64,000 bases of DNA from Scyliorhinus canicula (taxonomy: Eukaryota): NCBI RefSeq assembly GCF_902713615.1, contig NC_052149.1, positions 214,995,623-215,059,622 of the forward strand, in the 5' to 3' direction. Of this stretch, positions 37,578 through 51,245 are shown piece after piece. How positions within the stretch are numbered: the first letter of the stretch is position 1; every line of letters starts with the position of its first letter. Below the pieces are notes generated by a model. The model was not told where the DNA came from, did not search any database, and saw only the letters and a list, made by a program, of their open reading frames with translations. The translations under genes were made by a program, and so were the position numbers.

Positions 37578-37889
37578 AGCAGCACGGTAGCACAGTGGTT
37601 AGCACTGTTACTTAACAGCGCCAGGGACCCGGGTTCAATTCCTGGTTTGGGTCACAGTTTGTGTGGGGTCAGCATATTCTCCCTGTGTCTGCATGGGTTT
37701 CCTCTGGGCGCTCCGATTTCCTCCCACAAGTCCCGAAAAACGTGCTGTTAGGTGAATTGGACATTCTAAATTCTCTCTCACTGTACCAAACTGGCGCTGG
37801 GGTGTGGCAACGTGGGGCTTTTCACAGTACCCTTATTGCAGTGTTATTGTGAGCCTACTCGTGACACTAATAAAGATTATTATTATTAT
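37578..37889 (+). mobile_element. HE1-like SINE with (ATT)n tail
   Basis: gcagcacggtagcacagtggttagcac..gggttcaattcc; tail gtgacactaataaagattattattatt. Confidence 0.88.
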
Positions 37890-39794
37890 GTAATAACCTT
37901 TGCTCGTGAAAATCAGAAGTTACATCATTTTTAGTGACACCTCACGATAGTTTGCATGGAGAAATAACTGGTTTCTGGGTGATACTCAAATTTGCTTCTT
38001 CCTGCAACATTCGAAGCAAACAGAATAGTTGTACAGACAAATTAAATTCATGTAGGATGCACAATCCTAAACTAAACAAAACCCCTGGCATGATAAACTG
38101 TTCAGAAATAGTGAAAAAAGAAAAGGATTTTGCGTTCTCTTAAGTAAACCCATTGTACAAATTGTTCGTTCCATGTGTTTTTGTTTCCTCTAAATACAGG
38201 GGACTGGTTAGGGGAATGAAGGTATTTAATGAAAATGGCAGTTGCAAAATTAGGGGGAATTGATCTTCGCCTTTGGGGGTGATCTATGAATTACGATACA
38301 TCTCCCTGTTAGCATAAGGTAATGGAAAGGCTGAACCATGGTGGAATATTTTTCCCCTCTTCATTCAAAATAGATTATATCTGTGGAGGGAGAAGGAACA
38401 GCACATGGAAAAGCTCTCCTGTTAGGCATATCTCTGCACTTTTGACTGAGCCTGAAGCTTTCTTCAGATATGTCCTTCCTCTGAGGACTGAATTTTCCTT
38501 CCAGCTCTCAAAATATGCAGATGGACTTTTTATCCTGTAACAGCTATAAAAATAGAATAAACTAAACTGCATGCTGCCATTTCTGTTTTCAAAAGCTTTA
38601 TGTTCGACGAATCTCAACAGACTCGGAGAACAATTGCTTGAGTACAATGTTTGCTGAAGAAATGGGAGGGAGGCAAGAAGTCATGATGTAAGGAAAAGCC
38701 GTCAGCGCAAGACTGATAACACCAAAATTGCCCAGACAGGGATCCAAAAATTAAACAAGTCACAGTGAGCAGGTTTGAAGCGCGTGGGCAGGGGACGACC
38801 TGAACAATACAAGCCATGGGTATATATTTAAGAAAATATTTTTAAAGGCAAAGAGGTCAATCTAATCCTTTCTTAACTTCCACAATCATTTGTGTCGCTG
38901 TGCTTCTTTCTGCTTGTGTGTATACCAAGGGATGCCATATACCATTTTAACTCGGAAGTCTGCCTAGTTTAGTCAGCAACCCTAATGTTTAGTAATGACA
39001 TCCCAATGCGTAAAATACATCGCAAATAACAAAAGTATATTTTCTAAAGTGACAGAACACAAAAGATGCTGTAGCTGGCTGAAACTGTGTCTTATGTGAA
39101 TAATGGATACCTGGGAGTGAGTTTCAGGCTGCAATCTAATCGAGGGCTTCAAATGGTTTATATATAGAATAATGGATACCCGGCAGTGATTACAACGCAG
39201 TAATCACATTTAAAGGCTTCATAAACCTGTCATATGACCCCCTTGAGATGAGATTACATATTTGGAATCACGCCAGGAAAACTTTTACTCTGCAGTAACA
39301 TGTACTGCACTGTGACTGCAGTGGGGTACTTCAATGCATGAATGCCAAAAACAGTTTCCAGAAATAAGTGCACATGCTTCCTCTTTCCATCAAGTGGCAA
39401 AGATTATTCATGCGTGTGCAACATTGTATAATGCAGGATCAAGTCTGTGAATTTGGAAACTGAATGCAGTTATACAAGGGAGATTATGAGCAGAACGCAA
39501 GAAGGTGCTGTTAAGGACACTAGCTGTTGGGGATAAAAGAAGAAAAGAGAAGTGCAGTAGATTGTGCAATGTGAATCCATGGTGCAACTGATTATTAAGA
39601 TGCATGCAAAGAGCTGGTTAGTTGGTCAACTGCCTTATTTTGGGGCCAGGCCTTGTGCGCAGAACAAAGAGACTTGAAAACCATGAATAAAAATTAATTT
39701 TACACACAATGAAAAGTAAATAGAATTGTGTGTTTATGCTTGTGCATATGGACAGGATTTTCCAGCCCTTCGTGCCAGCCAGATCTTCCGGTCA

Positions 39795-42720
39795 TAAGAC
39801 CATAAGACCAAAAGATAAAGGAGCTGAATTAGGCCATTCGGCCCATCGGGCCCCCTCGACCATTCGATCATGGCTGACATGTTCCTCATCCCCCATTCTC
39901 CTGCCTTCTACCTTAACCCCTGATCCCCTTATTAATCAACAACACCAGATTTGTGCTCGAGTTGCTGTTACCTATAGGGCCTTAGGCCAAACGCTGGCAG
40001 GTGGAATTAGAGAGAATTGTTCTTTCTGAGAACATATGAACTAGGAGCAGATGAAGGCAATTCAACCTCTCAAGCCAATCCACCGCTCAATACAATCAAC
40101 TCCACCGTCCTTCCCATTCTCCGTAACCCTTCCACCCATTATTAATTTACACTCTGTCTAACTCCTCCTTAAATTTATTCACTGTCCCAACATCCATGCA
40201 CTCTGGGGTAGCAATTCCGGATTTACGACCCTTTGGAAGAAGTAGTTTCTCATCATCACTGTTTTATATTTGCTACCCCTTATCCTGGGACTATGACCTC
40301 TCGTTCTAGAATTCCCTGCAAGAGGAAGCATCCACTCTGTGTCTATTTCATCCATACCTTTTATCATGTACACCCAATTTGATCTCCCCTCATTCTTCTA
40401 AACTCGAGTGAGTGCAGGCTGAAGCTGCTCAATCATTCTTCATAAGGCAAACCCCTCGGGTGAGATTCTCCGCAAATGCGGAGAATCGTAAAGGCTGCCG
40501 TGGGACAAGCCGTGACCCATGGCAGCCTTCACGCCCACTTCCGGGGCCGATTCTCCCCCCCCGGGCGGGGCTAAGGCTAAGGGTTGTCAAGGCCGCACGT
40601 CAAGCATCATGCCGGCTGACGCGGCCGATGACGTCGGCCGCGCATGCGCAGGTTGGATAATGCCAACCCGCGCATGCGCAGTTGGCGTCTTTTCCCTCAG
40701 CCGCCCCGCAAGATGTGGCGGCTTGATCTTGCGGGGAGGCGGAGGGAAAAGAGTACGTCCGTTACGGATGCACCCCCTTGGCACGGCCGTGGCACCCATT
40801 TCACGATGGCAGCGAGCAGGTGAGTTTGCTGCCGTGTTGAAACGGGCGTGAAGGCCCGGCCGCTCGGCCCATCGGCCTCGGAGAATCGCCGCTCGCCGTA
40901 AAAAATGGCGAGTGCCGATTCATGGCGTGGGTCGGGCGTAGGGGGGGGGGGGGAGAATAGCGGGAGAGCGTGAAAAATGTCGGGGGGCCCTCCCGCTATT
41001 CTCCCACTCGGCGTGGGGGGCGGAGAATCGCGCCCCTCATCTCTGGAATCAATCTAGTGAACCTCCTCTGAACTGCCTCCAATGCCATTATATCCTTCCT
41101 CAAATAAGGGGACCAAAACTGTGCATAATACTCCAGATGTGGTCTCACCAATGCCTTGTACAGTTGCAACAATATTTCCTTACCTTTATACTCTATTCCT
41201 TTATCTATAAACACCATTCACTATATTTATTACCTGCTGTACCTGTATGCCAGTTTTCTGCAATCCATACACGGGAACACTCAGATCTCTCTGCACCGGA
41301 GTGCCCTAAAGTCTCTCCCCATTTAGATAATAAGTTGTATTTCCATTTTTTTGACTAAAATGGATGACCTCACACTTATCCATGCTAAGCTCCATCTGCC
41401 ACATTTTGGCCCACTCACCGAACCTATCCTGTAAGGTCCTTTCCTCATTGCAACCTACTGTCCCACCTATTTTAGTATCGCAAATTTGGCTATAGAACCT
41501 TCTAACCCTTTATCCAAGTCGTTAATATAGGTTGTAAATAGCTGGGGCCGAAGCACCGAATCCTGTAGCACCCCACTAGTTACAACTTGCATTCCAGAAG
41601 ACAACTCACTTATCCAGACTCTCTATTTTCTGTCTGTCAGCCAATCTTCTCTCCAAGCTAATAAATTACATCCAACCCCATGTGATCTAACCGTATGTAT
41701 TAACCTTCTGCGTGGCACCTTATCAAATGCCTTCTGGAAGTCCAGATATACTTTATCCACAGGATCCCCATTACCCACTTGGCTTGATGCATCTTCAAAG
41801 AACTCTAGTGAATTAGTAAACATTATTTACCCTTTATAAAACCATGCTGACTCTGATGGATTGCGTTTTACTTTCCAAATGCTCTGATATTACCTCCTTA
41901 ATAATGGATTCTGACAATGTCCCAAGAACAGACGTTAAACTAACTGGTCTGTAATTTCCTACATTCTGCCTCGAACTTTTTTGAATAAGGGCATTACATT
42001 AGCATTTTTCCAATCCACTGGAATCTTTCACGTATCCAGGGAATTTTGGAATATTATAACCAAAGGATCCACAATCTCCGCTGTCGCTTCCTATAACACC
42101 CGAGGCTGCAGCCTATTAGGCCCTGGGGACTTGTCTGTCTAACAATCCCAATAGTTTGTTCAGTGTTGTTTCCCTATTGATGCTGATTGTTCTAAGTTCC
42201 ACCTTTTCTATTACCTCTGAATTACCCATTCCTACAGGGATGATACCAGTGTCCTCCACTGTGAAAACTGAGGCAAAATATTGATTTAACATCTCTGCCA
42301 TTTCTGTGTTCCCCACTATTAACTCTCTGCTTTCATCTTCCAAATGGCCAACATTCACTTTAGCGACTCTCTTCCTTTTTATGTACTTATGGAAGCTTTT
42401 GCTATCCTTTTTGGTACATTGTGCTAGTTGTCTTTTGTAATTTACCTTAGCTCTTTTTATTACTATTTTAGTAACCCTCTGTTTATGTTTGAAAGTTTCC
42501 CAATCTTGGCTTTTGCAACATGGTATACCTTAGTTCTTGTCTTTATATTGTCCTCACCCTCCCTGCCTCATGCCTTTGTTTAATTCCAGAACACTGGTAT
42601 TGGACTCCACTTTCTCACCCCCCAAACTGAATTTTAAATTCTGTTATGCATTGGTCACTATTCCTTAGAGGATCCTTAACTATGAGGTCATCAACTAATT
42701 AATCCTTCCTCATTGTACAT
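39795..42720 (-). mobile_element. CR1 ORF2/3' region; two 3' ends (39795-39940 and from 40029)
   Basis: DFQKAFDKVP, LVRPHLEYYAQFWSPY, SRTRGHSPRI, LNQYFASVFTVED. Confidence 0.9.
40458..41035. mobile_element. GC-rich Harbinger-like MITE inserted in CR1
   Basis: GGGTGAGATTCTCC ... GGAGAATCGCGCCC; exact 3-bp TSD CTC (40455-40457, 41036-41038); reverse-complement relative of 55316-56024. Confidence 0.9.
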
Positions 42721-44114
42721 GCGGTCCCAGCAAAGTCGGCCCCCACCGCAGGTTCCCTGGCAGCAAATTGCCATATACTTTGGTGGGCCCAGAAGACCTT
42801 GCTGATGGCTAATGGCGATCTGCCTCCGCCGTGGGAAAATCCACCATGGGGGAGGGGTGGGGGTTGGGTGGCGAATTGGAAATCAGGGGTGGGTAGGGAA
42901 ACAGGAGAGAATGGGGAAGGTAGGGGTTCATTGCCATATTTCCAGAAGATAAGAAGAATAACAATGATTTTCATCGTACCTCGAAAAGCTGTGAAAATTC
43001 ACATACTCTTCAGCAATTTGTCCAAACAATCTGTTGTCGTTCACTTGTGTAGGCTGTTGTAAATGCTGCAATTAAAATGAAGTATGACATTGCTCTCCAT
43101 TCATACCTAGCAGCAGAGTGACACGATAGGTTCGGCACCAACTAGCGCATCGTCAAAATTCCTTCAAAATAAATTTTCACATTTCCTACAGGCTTCGCTC
43201 TTTCCATCTTTCAACGCGCAATGCCCAGAGGGATAGTTAATATATCCATTATTTAAAAAGCGGGGATTGTTCAATAGAGGGAGAGGGAGAAAATTGGGTG
43301 GACGGGAGGTTGGGGCTCTCCAAATAACTTCAGAGCCTGAAAGAAGATAATGGATGGTTCAGCATTTAAGAAGTACAAATATTTTTAATGATTAAATGGT
43401 GTCCTTGAGCACAGAGGGTCATTATGCAACAGGACTGTTGTGAATGTTCTGGCGTCTACATCACTGTTAGCTCACAGCTTGTAGTAACCATGGCAACACG
43501 AATTAATGATTTTTGTTCGGCAACAGAATGGAAAATCCTTCAGTCAGAGGGAAAGGTACTATCAAGGCTCGCATGAGAGGATCTGAAAAGCCAAGTTATA
43601 CCGAAAATAAAACTCCAACATCAACATAATTTAAAACCTGCTCAGATGAACATTTGAACTGCTTACATATTTACTTTTGCTTTAAAAAAAGCCTCATATT
43701 TTAGGTTATTTTACTTACATGTGTTGAGATTTCGTGCAGTACACACAATATTCTGGCCAAGAAATTATCAAGCAATCTGTTTGCAGGCCACAACTAATGC
43801 TTTCTTCTTCTTGCCTCAAGGAAGTATATGAAAATAGTTTGTAATGACCAATCTCCACTTGTGCTCTTTACCCCAACCCATCATGGAGTGGGTTGTAATC
43901 CCCTTTTGGGACTATTCCAGATCAGGCATACACTTTGGATGATCACGCCCACTTAAGGTTGAGAAAGACAGGCCTCACGGACATTTAAATGGACCAGAAA
44001 AAACAATCTAATTTTTCCCGAAGGAAAGGAACGAGCAGAGAATATTACTGTCCTTCAGGTAGCTTTTTTTAAACCAAGCTTGGAGTAGCACTGATATGGC
44101 AAGGGTGCAGAAAA

Positions 44115-46555
44115 TATACTGGGTGGAGGACTTCAGTGTTCAGCACCAAGAATGGCTCAGTAGGACCACCACAGACTGAGCTGGCTGGGTCCTAAAGGAC
44201 ATAGTTGTTGGACTGGGACTGCAGCAGTTTGTGAGGGAAACACCAAGAGGGAAAAACGTACTCGACCTCATCCTCACCAACCTGCCTGCTGCAGATGCAT
44301 CTGTCCATGACAGTATCAGTAGAAGTGACCATCGCACGGTCCTTGTGGAGACAAAGTCCCATCTTCATATTGAGGATACCCACCATCGTGTTGTGTGGCA
44401 CAATCACTGTGCGAAATGGGATTGACTTCAAACAGATCTACCGACTTAAGACTGGGCATCCATGAGGCGCTGTGGCTGATCAGCAGCAGCAGAATTGAAC
44501 TCAACCGCAATCTGCAACCCGATGGCCTGGCATATGCCCCACTCTACCATTACCACCAAGCCAGGGGATCAACCCTGGTTCAATGAAGAGTGCAGGAGAG
44601 CATGCCAGGAGCAACACCAGACATACCGAAAAATGAGGTGTCGACCTGGTGAAGCTACAACACAGGATGACCTGTGTGCCAAACAGCTTAAGCAACAAAT
44701 AATAGACAGAGCTAAACAGTTCCACAACAAACGCATCAGATCTAAGCTCTGCAGTCCTGGCACATTCAATCGGGGATGGTGGTGGACAATTAAACAACTT
44801 ACTGGAGGAGGAGGCTCCTCAAATATCCCCGTCCTCAATGATGGAGGAGCCCAGCACATCTGTGTAAAAGACAAGGCTGAAGCATTTGTAACAATCTTCA
44901 GTCAGAAGTGCCAAGTTATTGACCCTTCTCGGTCTCCTCCGGAGGGCCCCAGTATCACAGATGTCAGTCTTCAGCCGATATGATTCACTCCACCTGATGT
45001 TAAGAAACAGCTGAATGCACTGGGTGCTGCAAAGGTATCCAGGCCCTGACAATATTCCGGCAATAATACTGAAGACTTGTGCTCCAGAACTTGCCCCACC
45101 CCTAGCCAAGCTATTCCAGTACAGCTCCAACACTTGCATCCACAAGGCAATGTTGAAAATTGCCCCAAGAAACAGGATAAATTCAACCCAGTCAATTAAC
45201 ACCCTATCAGTCTATTCTCCGTCATCAGTAAAGTGATGGAAGGAGTCATCAACAGGGCTATCAAGCGGTACTTGCTCAACAATAACCTGCTAATGGATGC
45301 TCAGTTTGGGTTCTGTCAGTGTCACTCCGCTCCTGACCTGATTACAGCCCTTGTTCAAACATGGACAAAACAGCTGAATGCCAGAGGTGAGATGGGAGTG
45401 ACTGGCCTTGTCATCAAGGCAGCATTTGACTGAGTATTGCATCAAGGAAGCCTAGCTAAACTGCAGTCAATGGGAAACTGCGGGAAAACTCTCCACTGGT
45501 TGGAGTCATACGTGGCACAAAGGAAGATGGTTGTGTTGGTTGGAGGTCAACCATCTCAACTCCAGGGCAGCACTGCAGGAGTTCCTCAGGGTAGTGTCCT
45601 CAGCCCAACCATTTCAGTTGCTTCATCAATGACCAGCCTTCCATCATAAGATCAGAGGTGGGGAGTTTTGCAGATGACTGCACAATGTTCAGCACCATTT
45701 GCGACTCCTTAGCTAATAAAACAGTCCATGTCACAATGCAGCAAGACCTGGACAATAGCCAGGCTTCGGCTGACAAGTGACAAGTTACATTCATGTCACA
45801 CAAGTGCCAGGCAATGACCATCTAGTATAAGACAGGATCTAATCATCATCCCTTGACATTCAATGGCATTACCATCACTGAATCCCCCACAATCAACATC
45901 CTGGGGTTACCATTGATCAGAAACTGAACTGGACTAGACACATTAATACTGTGTCTACCAGAGCAGGTCAAAGGCTAGGAATTCCATGATGAGTAACTCA
46001 CCTCCTGACTGCCCAAATTCTGTCCACCATCGACAAGGCACAAGTCAGGAGTGTAATGGAATACTCTCCACTTGCCTGGATGAGTGCAGCTCCAACAACA
46101 CTCAAGAAGCTCAACACAATCCAGGACAAAGCAGCCTGCTTGATTGCTATCCCTTCCACAAATATTCAATCCTTCCACCACTGACGAACAGTGGCAGCCG
46201 CGTGTACCATCTACGAGATGCACTGCATGTGCTCACCAAAATTTCTTAGGCAGGACGTTCCAAACCCCCGACCACTACCATCTAGAAGAAGAAGAGCAGC
46301 AGATCCCTGGGAACCCCACCACCTGGAGGTTCCTCTCCAAGCCACTCACACTCTGACTTGGAAATATATCGCCGTTCCTTCCCTGTCACCGGGTCAAAAT
46401 CCTGGAACGCCCTCCCTAACAGCACCTTGGGTGTACCTACACCTCAAGGACTGCAGCGGTTCAAGAAGGCAACTCACCATCACCTTCTGAAGGGCAACTA
46501 GGGAATGGGTAATAAATGCTGTTCTAACCAGAGACGCCCACATTCTGTAAATGAT
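44115..46555 (+). mobile_element. CR1/L2-type LINE (family 2), ORF2 relic plus 3'UTR
   Basis: PRGKNVLDLILTN..SDH, QPWFNEEC, GPDNIPA, QFGF, IKAAFD, PQGSVLSP, FADD-encoding tttgcagatgac; tail aataaatgct..gacgcccacat. Confidence 0.9.
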
Positions 46556-47012
46556 TTCTTTTAAAAAGCAACCCGGATATTATAAGGTATATTGCTTTGG
46601 CAGAAAAGCCGAAGGAGAATTCAAAGAGCTTCTACGAATACATAAAGGGCAAAAGAGTAACGAGGGAGAGATTGGGCCTCTTAAGGATCTACAAGGTCAT
46701 CTTTGTGCGGATCCGGAAGAGATGGGTGAGATCTTAAATGAATATTTCTCATCGGTATTTACTGTTGAGAAATGGATGTTCAGGAACTTGGGGAAATAAA
46801 TAGTGATGTCTGGAGGAGTGTACGTATTACAGAGAAGGAGGTGCTGGAAGTCTTAAGCGCATCAAGGTAGATAAATTCCTGGGACCTGTTGAAATGTATC
46901 CCAGGACGTTGTAGGAGGCTAGGGGGGAAATGGCAGGAGGATATTTGAATCGTTCAGCCTCAGGTGAGATGCCTGAAGATTGGAGGGTAGCAAATGTTGT
47001 GCCTTTGTTTAA

Positions 47013-49343
47013 AAACAAAGAACTTAGAACATAGAACAGTACAGCACAGAACAGTCCCTTCGGCCCTCGATGTTGTGCCAAGCATTGTCCGAAACCAAGA
47101 TCAAGCTATCCCACTCCCTGTCGTTCTGGTGTGCTCCATGTGCCTATCCAATAACCGCTTGAAAGTTCCTAAAGTGTCCGACTCCACTATCACAGCAGGC
47201 AGTCCATTCCACACCCTAACCATTCTCTGAGTAAAGAACCTACCTCGGACATCCCTCCTATATCTCCCACCCTGAACCTTAAAGTTATGCCCCCTTGTAA
47301 CAGCTACATCCACCCGAGGAAATAGTCTCTGAACGTCCACTCTATCTATCCCCCTCATCATCTTAGAAACCTCTATTAAGTCGCCTCTCATCCTCCTCCG
47401 CTCCAAAGAGAAAAGCACTAGCTCCCTCAACCTTTCCTCATAAGACCTATCCTGCAAACCAGGCAGCATCCTGGTAAATCTCCTTTGCATCCTTTCCAAT
47501 GCTTCCACATCCTTCCTATAATGAGGTGACCAGAACTGCACACAATACTCCAAATGTAGTCTCACCAGGGTCATGTAAAGTTGCAGCAAAACCCCGCGGC
47601 TATTAAACTCAAACCCCCGTTAATAAACGTTAACACGCTATAGGGCTTCTTCACGGCTCTATCCACTTGAGTGGCAACCTTCAGAGATCTGTGGACATGA
47701 ATCCCAAGATCTCTCTGTTCCTCCACATTCCTCAGAACCCTGCCGATGACCCTGTAATTCACATTCAAATTTTTTCTACCAAAATGAATCATCTCGCACT
47801 TATCAGGGTTAAACTCCATCTGCCATTTTTCGGCCCAGTTTTGCATCCTATCAATTTCTCTTTGCAGCCTACAACAGCCCTCCACCTCATCCACTACTCC
47901 ACCAATCTTGGTGTCATCAGCAAATTTACTGACCCACCTTTCAGCCCCCTCCTCCAAGTCATTGATAAAAATCACAAATAGCAGAGGACCCAGCACTGAT
48001 CCCTGTGGTACACTGCTGGTAACTGATCTCCAGTCTTAACATTTTCCATGCACCACTACCCTCTGTCTTCTATGTGATAGCCAGTTACTTATCCAATTGG
48101 CCAAATTTCCATCTATCCCTCACCTCCTTACTTTCTTCATGAGCCGACCATGGGGATCCTTATCAAACGCCTTACCAAAATCCATGTATACGACATCAAG
48201 TGCCCTTCCTCAAAACATCTACCTCCTCCAGCCTACCCGCCTGTATCTACACACTTAGTCACCTCCTCAAGGAATTCAATCAAATTTGTGAGGCACATCT
48301 GTGTTGACTATCCCGGATTAAGCTGCATATTTCCAAATGGTCATAAATCCTATCCTTCAGGACCTTTTCCATTAACTTACCGACCACCGAAGTAAGACTA
48401 ACCAGCCTATAATTACCAGGGTCATTCCTATTCCCTTTCTTGAACAGAGGAACAACATTCACCACTCTCCAGTCCTCTGGCACTATCCCCATGGACAGTG
48501 AGGACCTAAAGATCAAAGCCAAAGGCTCTGCAATCTCAACCCTTGCCTCCCAAAGAATCCTTGGATATATCCCAACAGGCCCAAGGGACTTGTCGACCCT
48601 AAGGTTTTTCAAAATTGCTAATACATCCTTCCTCAAAACATCTACCTCCTCCAGCCTACCCGCCTGTATCACACTCTCATCCTCAAAAACATGGCCCCAC
48701 TACTTGGTGAACACTGAAGAAAAGTATTCATTCAACGCCTCTCCTATTTCTTCTGACTCCACGCACAAGTTCCCACTACTGTCCTTGACCTGCCCTAACC
48801 TCACCCTGGTCATTCTTTTATTTCTCACATAAGAGTAAAAAGGCTTGGGGGTTTTCCTTGATTCGACCCGCCAAGGACTTAGAACATAGAACAGTACAGC
48901 ACAGAACAGGCCCTTCGGCCCTCGATGTTGTGCCGAGCAATGATCACCCTACTCAAACCCACGTATCCACCCTATACCCGTAACCCAACAACCCCCCCCC
49001 CTTAACCTTACTTTTATTTTAGGACACTACGGGCAATTTAGCATGGCCAATCCACCTAACCCGCACATCTTTGGACTGTGGGAGGAAACCGGAGCACCCG
49101 GAGGAAACCCACGCACACACGGGGAGGACGTGTAGACTCCGCACAGACAGTGACCCAGCCGGGAACCGAACCTGGGACCCTGGAGCTGTGAAGCATTTAT
49201 GCTAACCACCATGCTACCGTGCTGCCCCATGACTTCTCATGCCCCCTCCTAGCTCTCCTAAGCCTTTTTTTTTTTAGCTCATTCCTTGCTACCTTGTAAC
49301 CCTCTAGAGGCGCAACTGAACCTTGTTTTCTCATCAGGCGCAG
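47013..49343 (-). mobile_element. Nested CR1, 5'-truncated
   Basis: ORFs 48280-48672, 47571-47996 (LGPLLF..FADDTK) and 47101-47589; (TTCTATG)-type tail at ~47015-47040. Confidence 0.93.
48880..49228 (-). mobile_element. HE1-like SINE with CR1-derived tail, full length
   Basis: GGGCAGCACGGTAGC head; near-identical to 7129-7460; GACTT duplicated at the flanks. Confidence 0.9.
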
Positions 49344-50562
49344 AGAAGGGTGCAGAGAAAAGCCCGGGAACTACAGATCAGTGAGCCTCACGTCTGTGGT
49401 GGGTAGGTTGTTAGAAGGTATCTGAGAGACAGGATCTGCGTGCATTTAGAGAGGCAAGGACTGATTAGGGACAGTCAGCATTCTCTTTGTGAGTGGAAAA
49501 TCTGTTTCCTGAATTTGATTGAGTTTTTTGAAGGGGTAACCAAGAAGGTAGATGAGGGCAGTGCAGTCGACATTGTCTACATGGACTTTAGCAAGGCATT
49601 TAACAATGTACCACATGGTATGTTGTTGCATAAGGTTAAGTCTCACGGAATCCAGGGGGAGGTAGTCAATTGGCTTGATGACAGAAGACAAAGGGTGGTT
49701 TTAGAGGTTGTTTTTCAAACTGGAGGCCTATGACCAACGGTGTGCCTCAGGTATCAGTGCTGGGTCCACTGTATTTGTTATTTTTATTAATGATTTGGAT
49801 GAGAATTTAGGAGGCACGGTTAGTAAGCTTGCAGGAGACACCAAGATTGGTGGCATAGTGGATAATGAAGAAGGTTATCTAGGATTGCAATGGGATCTTG
49901 ATCAATTGGGCCAGTGGGCGGATGAATGGCAGATTAAGTTTAATTTAGATCAATGAGAGGTGATGTATTTTGGTAGATAGAATCGGGGCAGGACCTACTC
50001 AGTTAATGGCAGGGAGTTGGGGAGAGTTATGGAACAAAGAGATCTAGGAGTACAGGTTCATAGCTCCTTGAAAGTGAAGTCACAGGTGGACAGGATGGTG
50101 AAGAACATTTGGCATGCTTGGTTTCATTGATCAGAACACTGAATAGAGGAGTTGGGACATTTTGCTGAAGTTGTAAAAGACATTAGTAAGGCCACACTTG
50201 GAATGTTGTGTACAGTTCTGGTCATCCTATTATAGAAAGAATATTATGAAATGAGAAAGAGTACAGAAAAGATTGGGACTTGGTCGTTTGAGTTATAAGG
50301 AGTGGCTGGATAGACTGGGACTTTTTTCCCTGGAGTATAGGGAGGCTTGGGGCTGATTGTATAGAGGGCTATAAAATAATGAATGGCACAGATGAGGTAA
50401 ATAGTCAACATCTTTTCCCAAAGATGGGGAGTCTAAAACTAGAGGGCATAGGTTTACAGTGAGAGGGGAGAGATACAAAAGGGTCCAAAGCGGCAATTTT
50501 TTCTCACAGAGGGTGGTGAGTGTCTGGAATGAGCTGCCAGAGGCAGTAGTCGAGGCGAGTAC

Positions 50563-51245
50563 TAAACAAAGAACAAAGAAGAGAGAAAAGTACAGCACAG
50601 GAACAGGCCCTTCGGTCCTCCAAGCCCGTGCCAACCATGCTGCCCGTCTAAACTAAAATCTTCCACACTTCCTGGGTCCGTATCCCTCTATTCCCATCCT
50701 ATTCATGTATTTGTCAAGATGCCCCTTAAATGTTACTATCGTCCCTGCTTCCACCACCTCCTCCGGTAGCGAGTTCCGGGCACTCACTACCCTCTGTGTA
50801 AAAAACCTGCCTCTTACATCTCCTCTATACCTTGCCCCTCGCTCCTTAAACCTATGCCCCCTAGTAATTGACCCCACTATCTGGGGGGAAAGCCTCTGAC
50901 TATCCACTCTGTCTACGCCCCTCATAATTTTGTAGATCTCTATCAGGTCGCCCCTCAACCTCCGCCGTTCCAGTGAGAACACACCGAATTTATTCAACCG
51001 TTTCTCATAGCTAATGCCCTCCATACCAGGCAACATCCTGGTAAATCTCTTCTGCACCCTCTCTAAAGCCTCCACATATTTCTGGTAGTGTGGCGACCAA
51101 AATTGAACACTATACTCCAAGTGTGGCCTAACTAAGGTTCTATACAGCTGCAACATGACTTGCCAATTTTTATACTCAATGCCCCGGCCAATGAAGGCAA
51201 GCATTTTGTATGCCTTCTTGACTACCTTCTCCACTTGTGTTGCCT
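50563..51245 (-). mobile_element. Nested young CR1 3' fragment
   Basis: Uninterrupted 193-aa ORF2 C-terminus (50653-51234) plus tail. Confidence 0.93.

Larger units (their letters stand above)
39750..42850. mobile_element. Short MITE split by a ~2.9-kb LINE block
   Basis: Left half GGACAGGATTTTCC..CGGTC (39750-39794) and right half CGGTCCCAGC..GGAAAATCCACC (42722-42850); CGGTC is duplicated. Confidence 0.55.

Noticed and set aside
38702-38801. Minus-strand ttcag|GT CGT CCC resembling the start of the preceding TENM2 exon (GRP..)
   Set aside because: Similarity ends after about three codons and the frame hits TGA at ~38702-38704.
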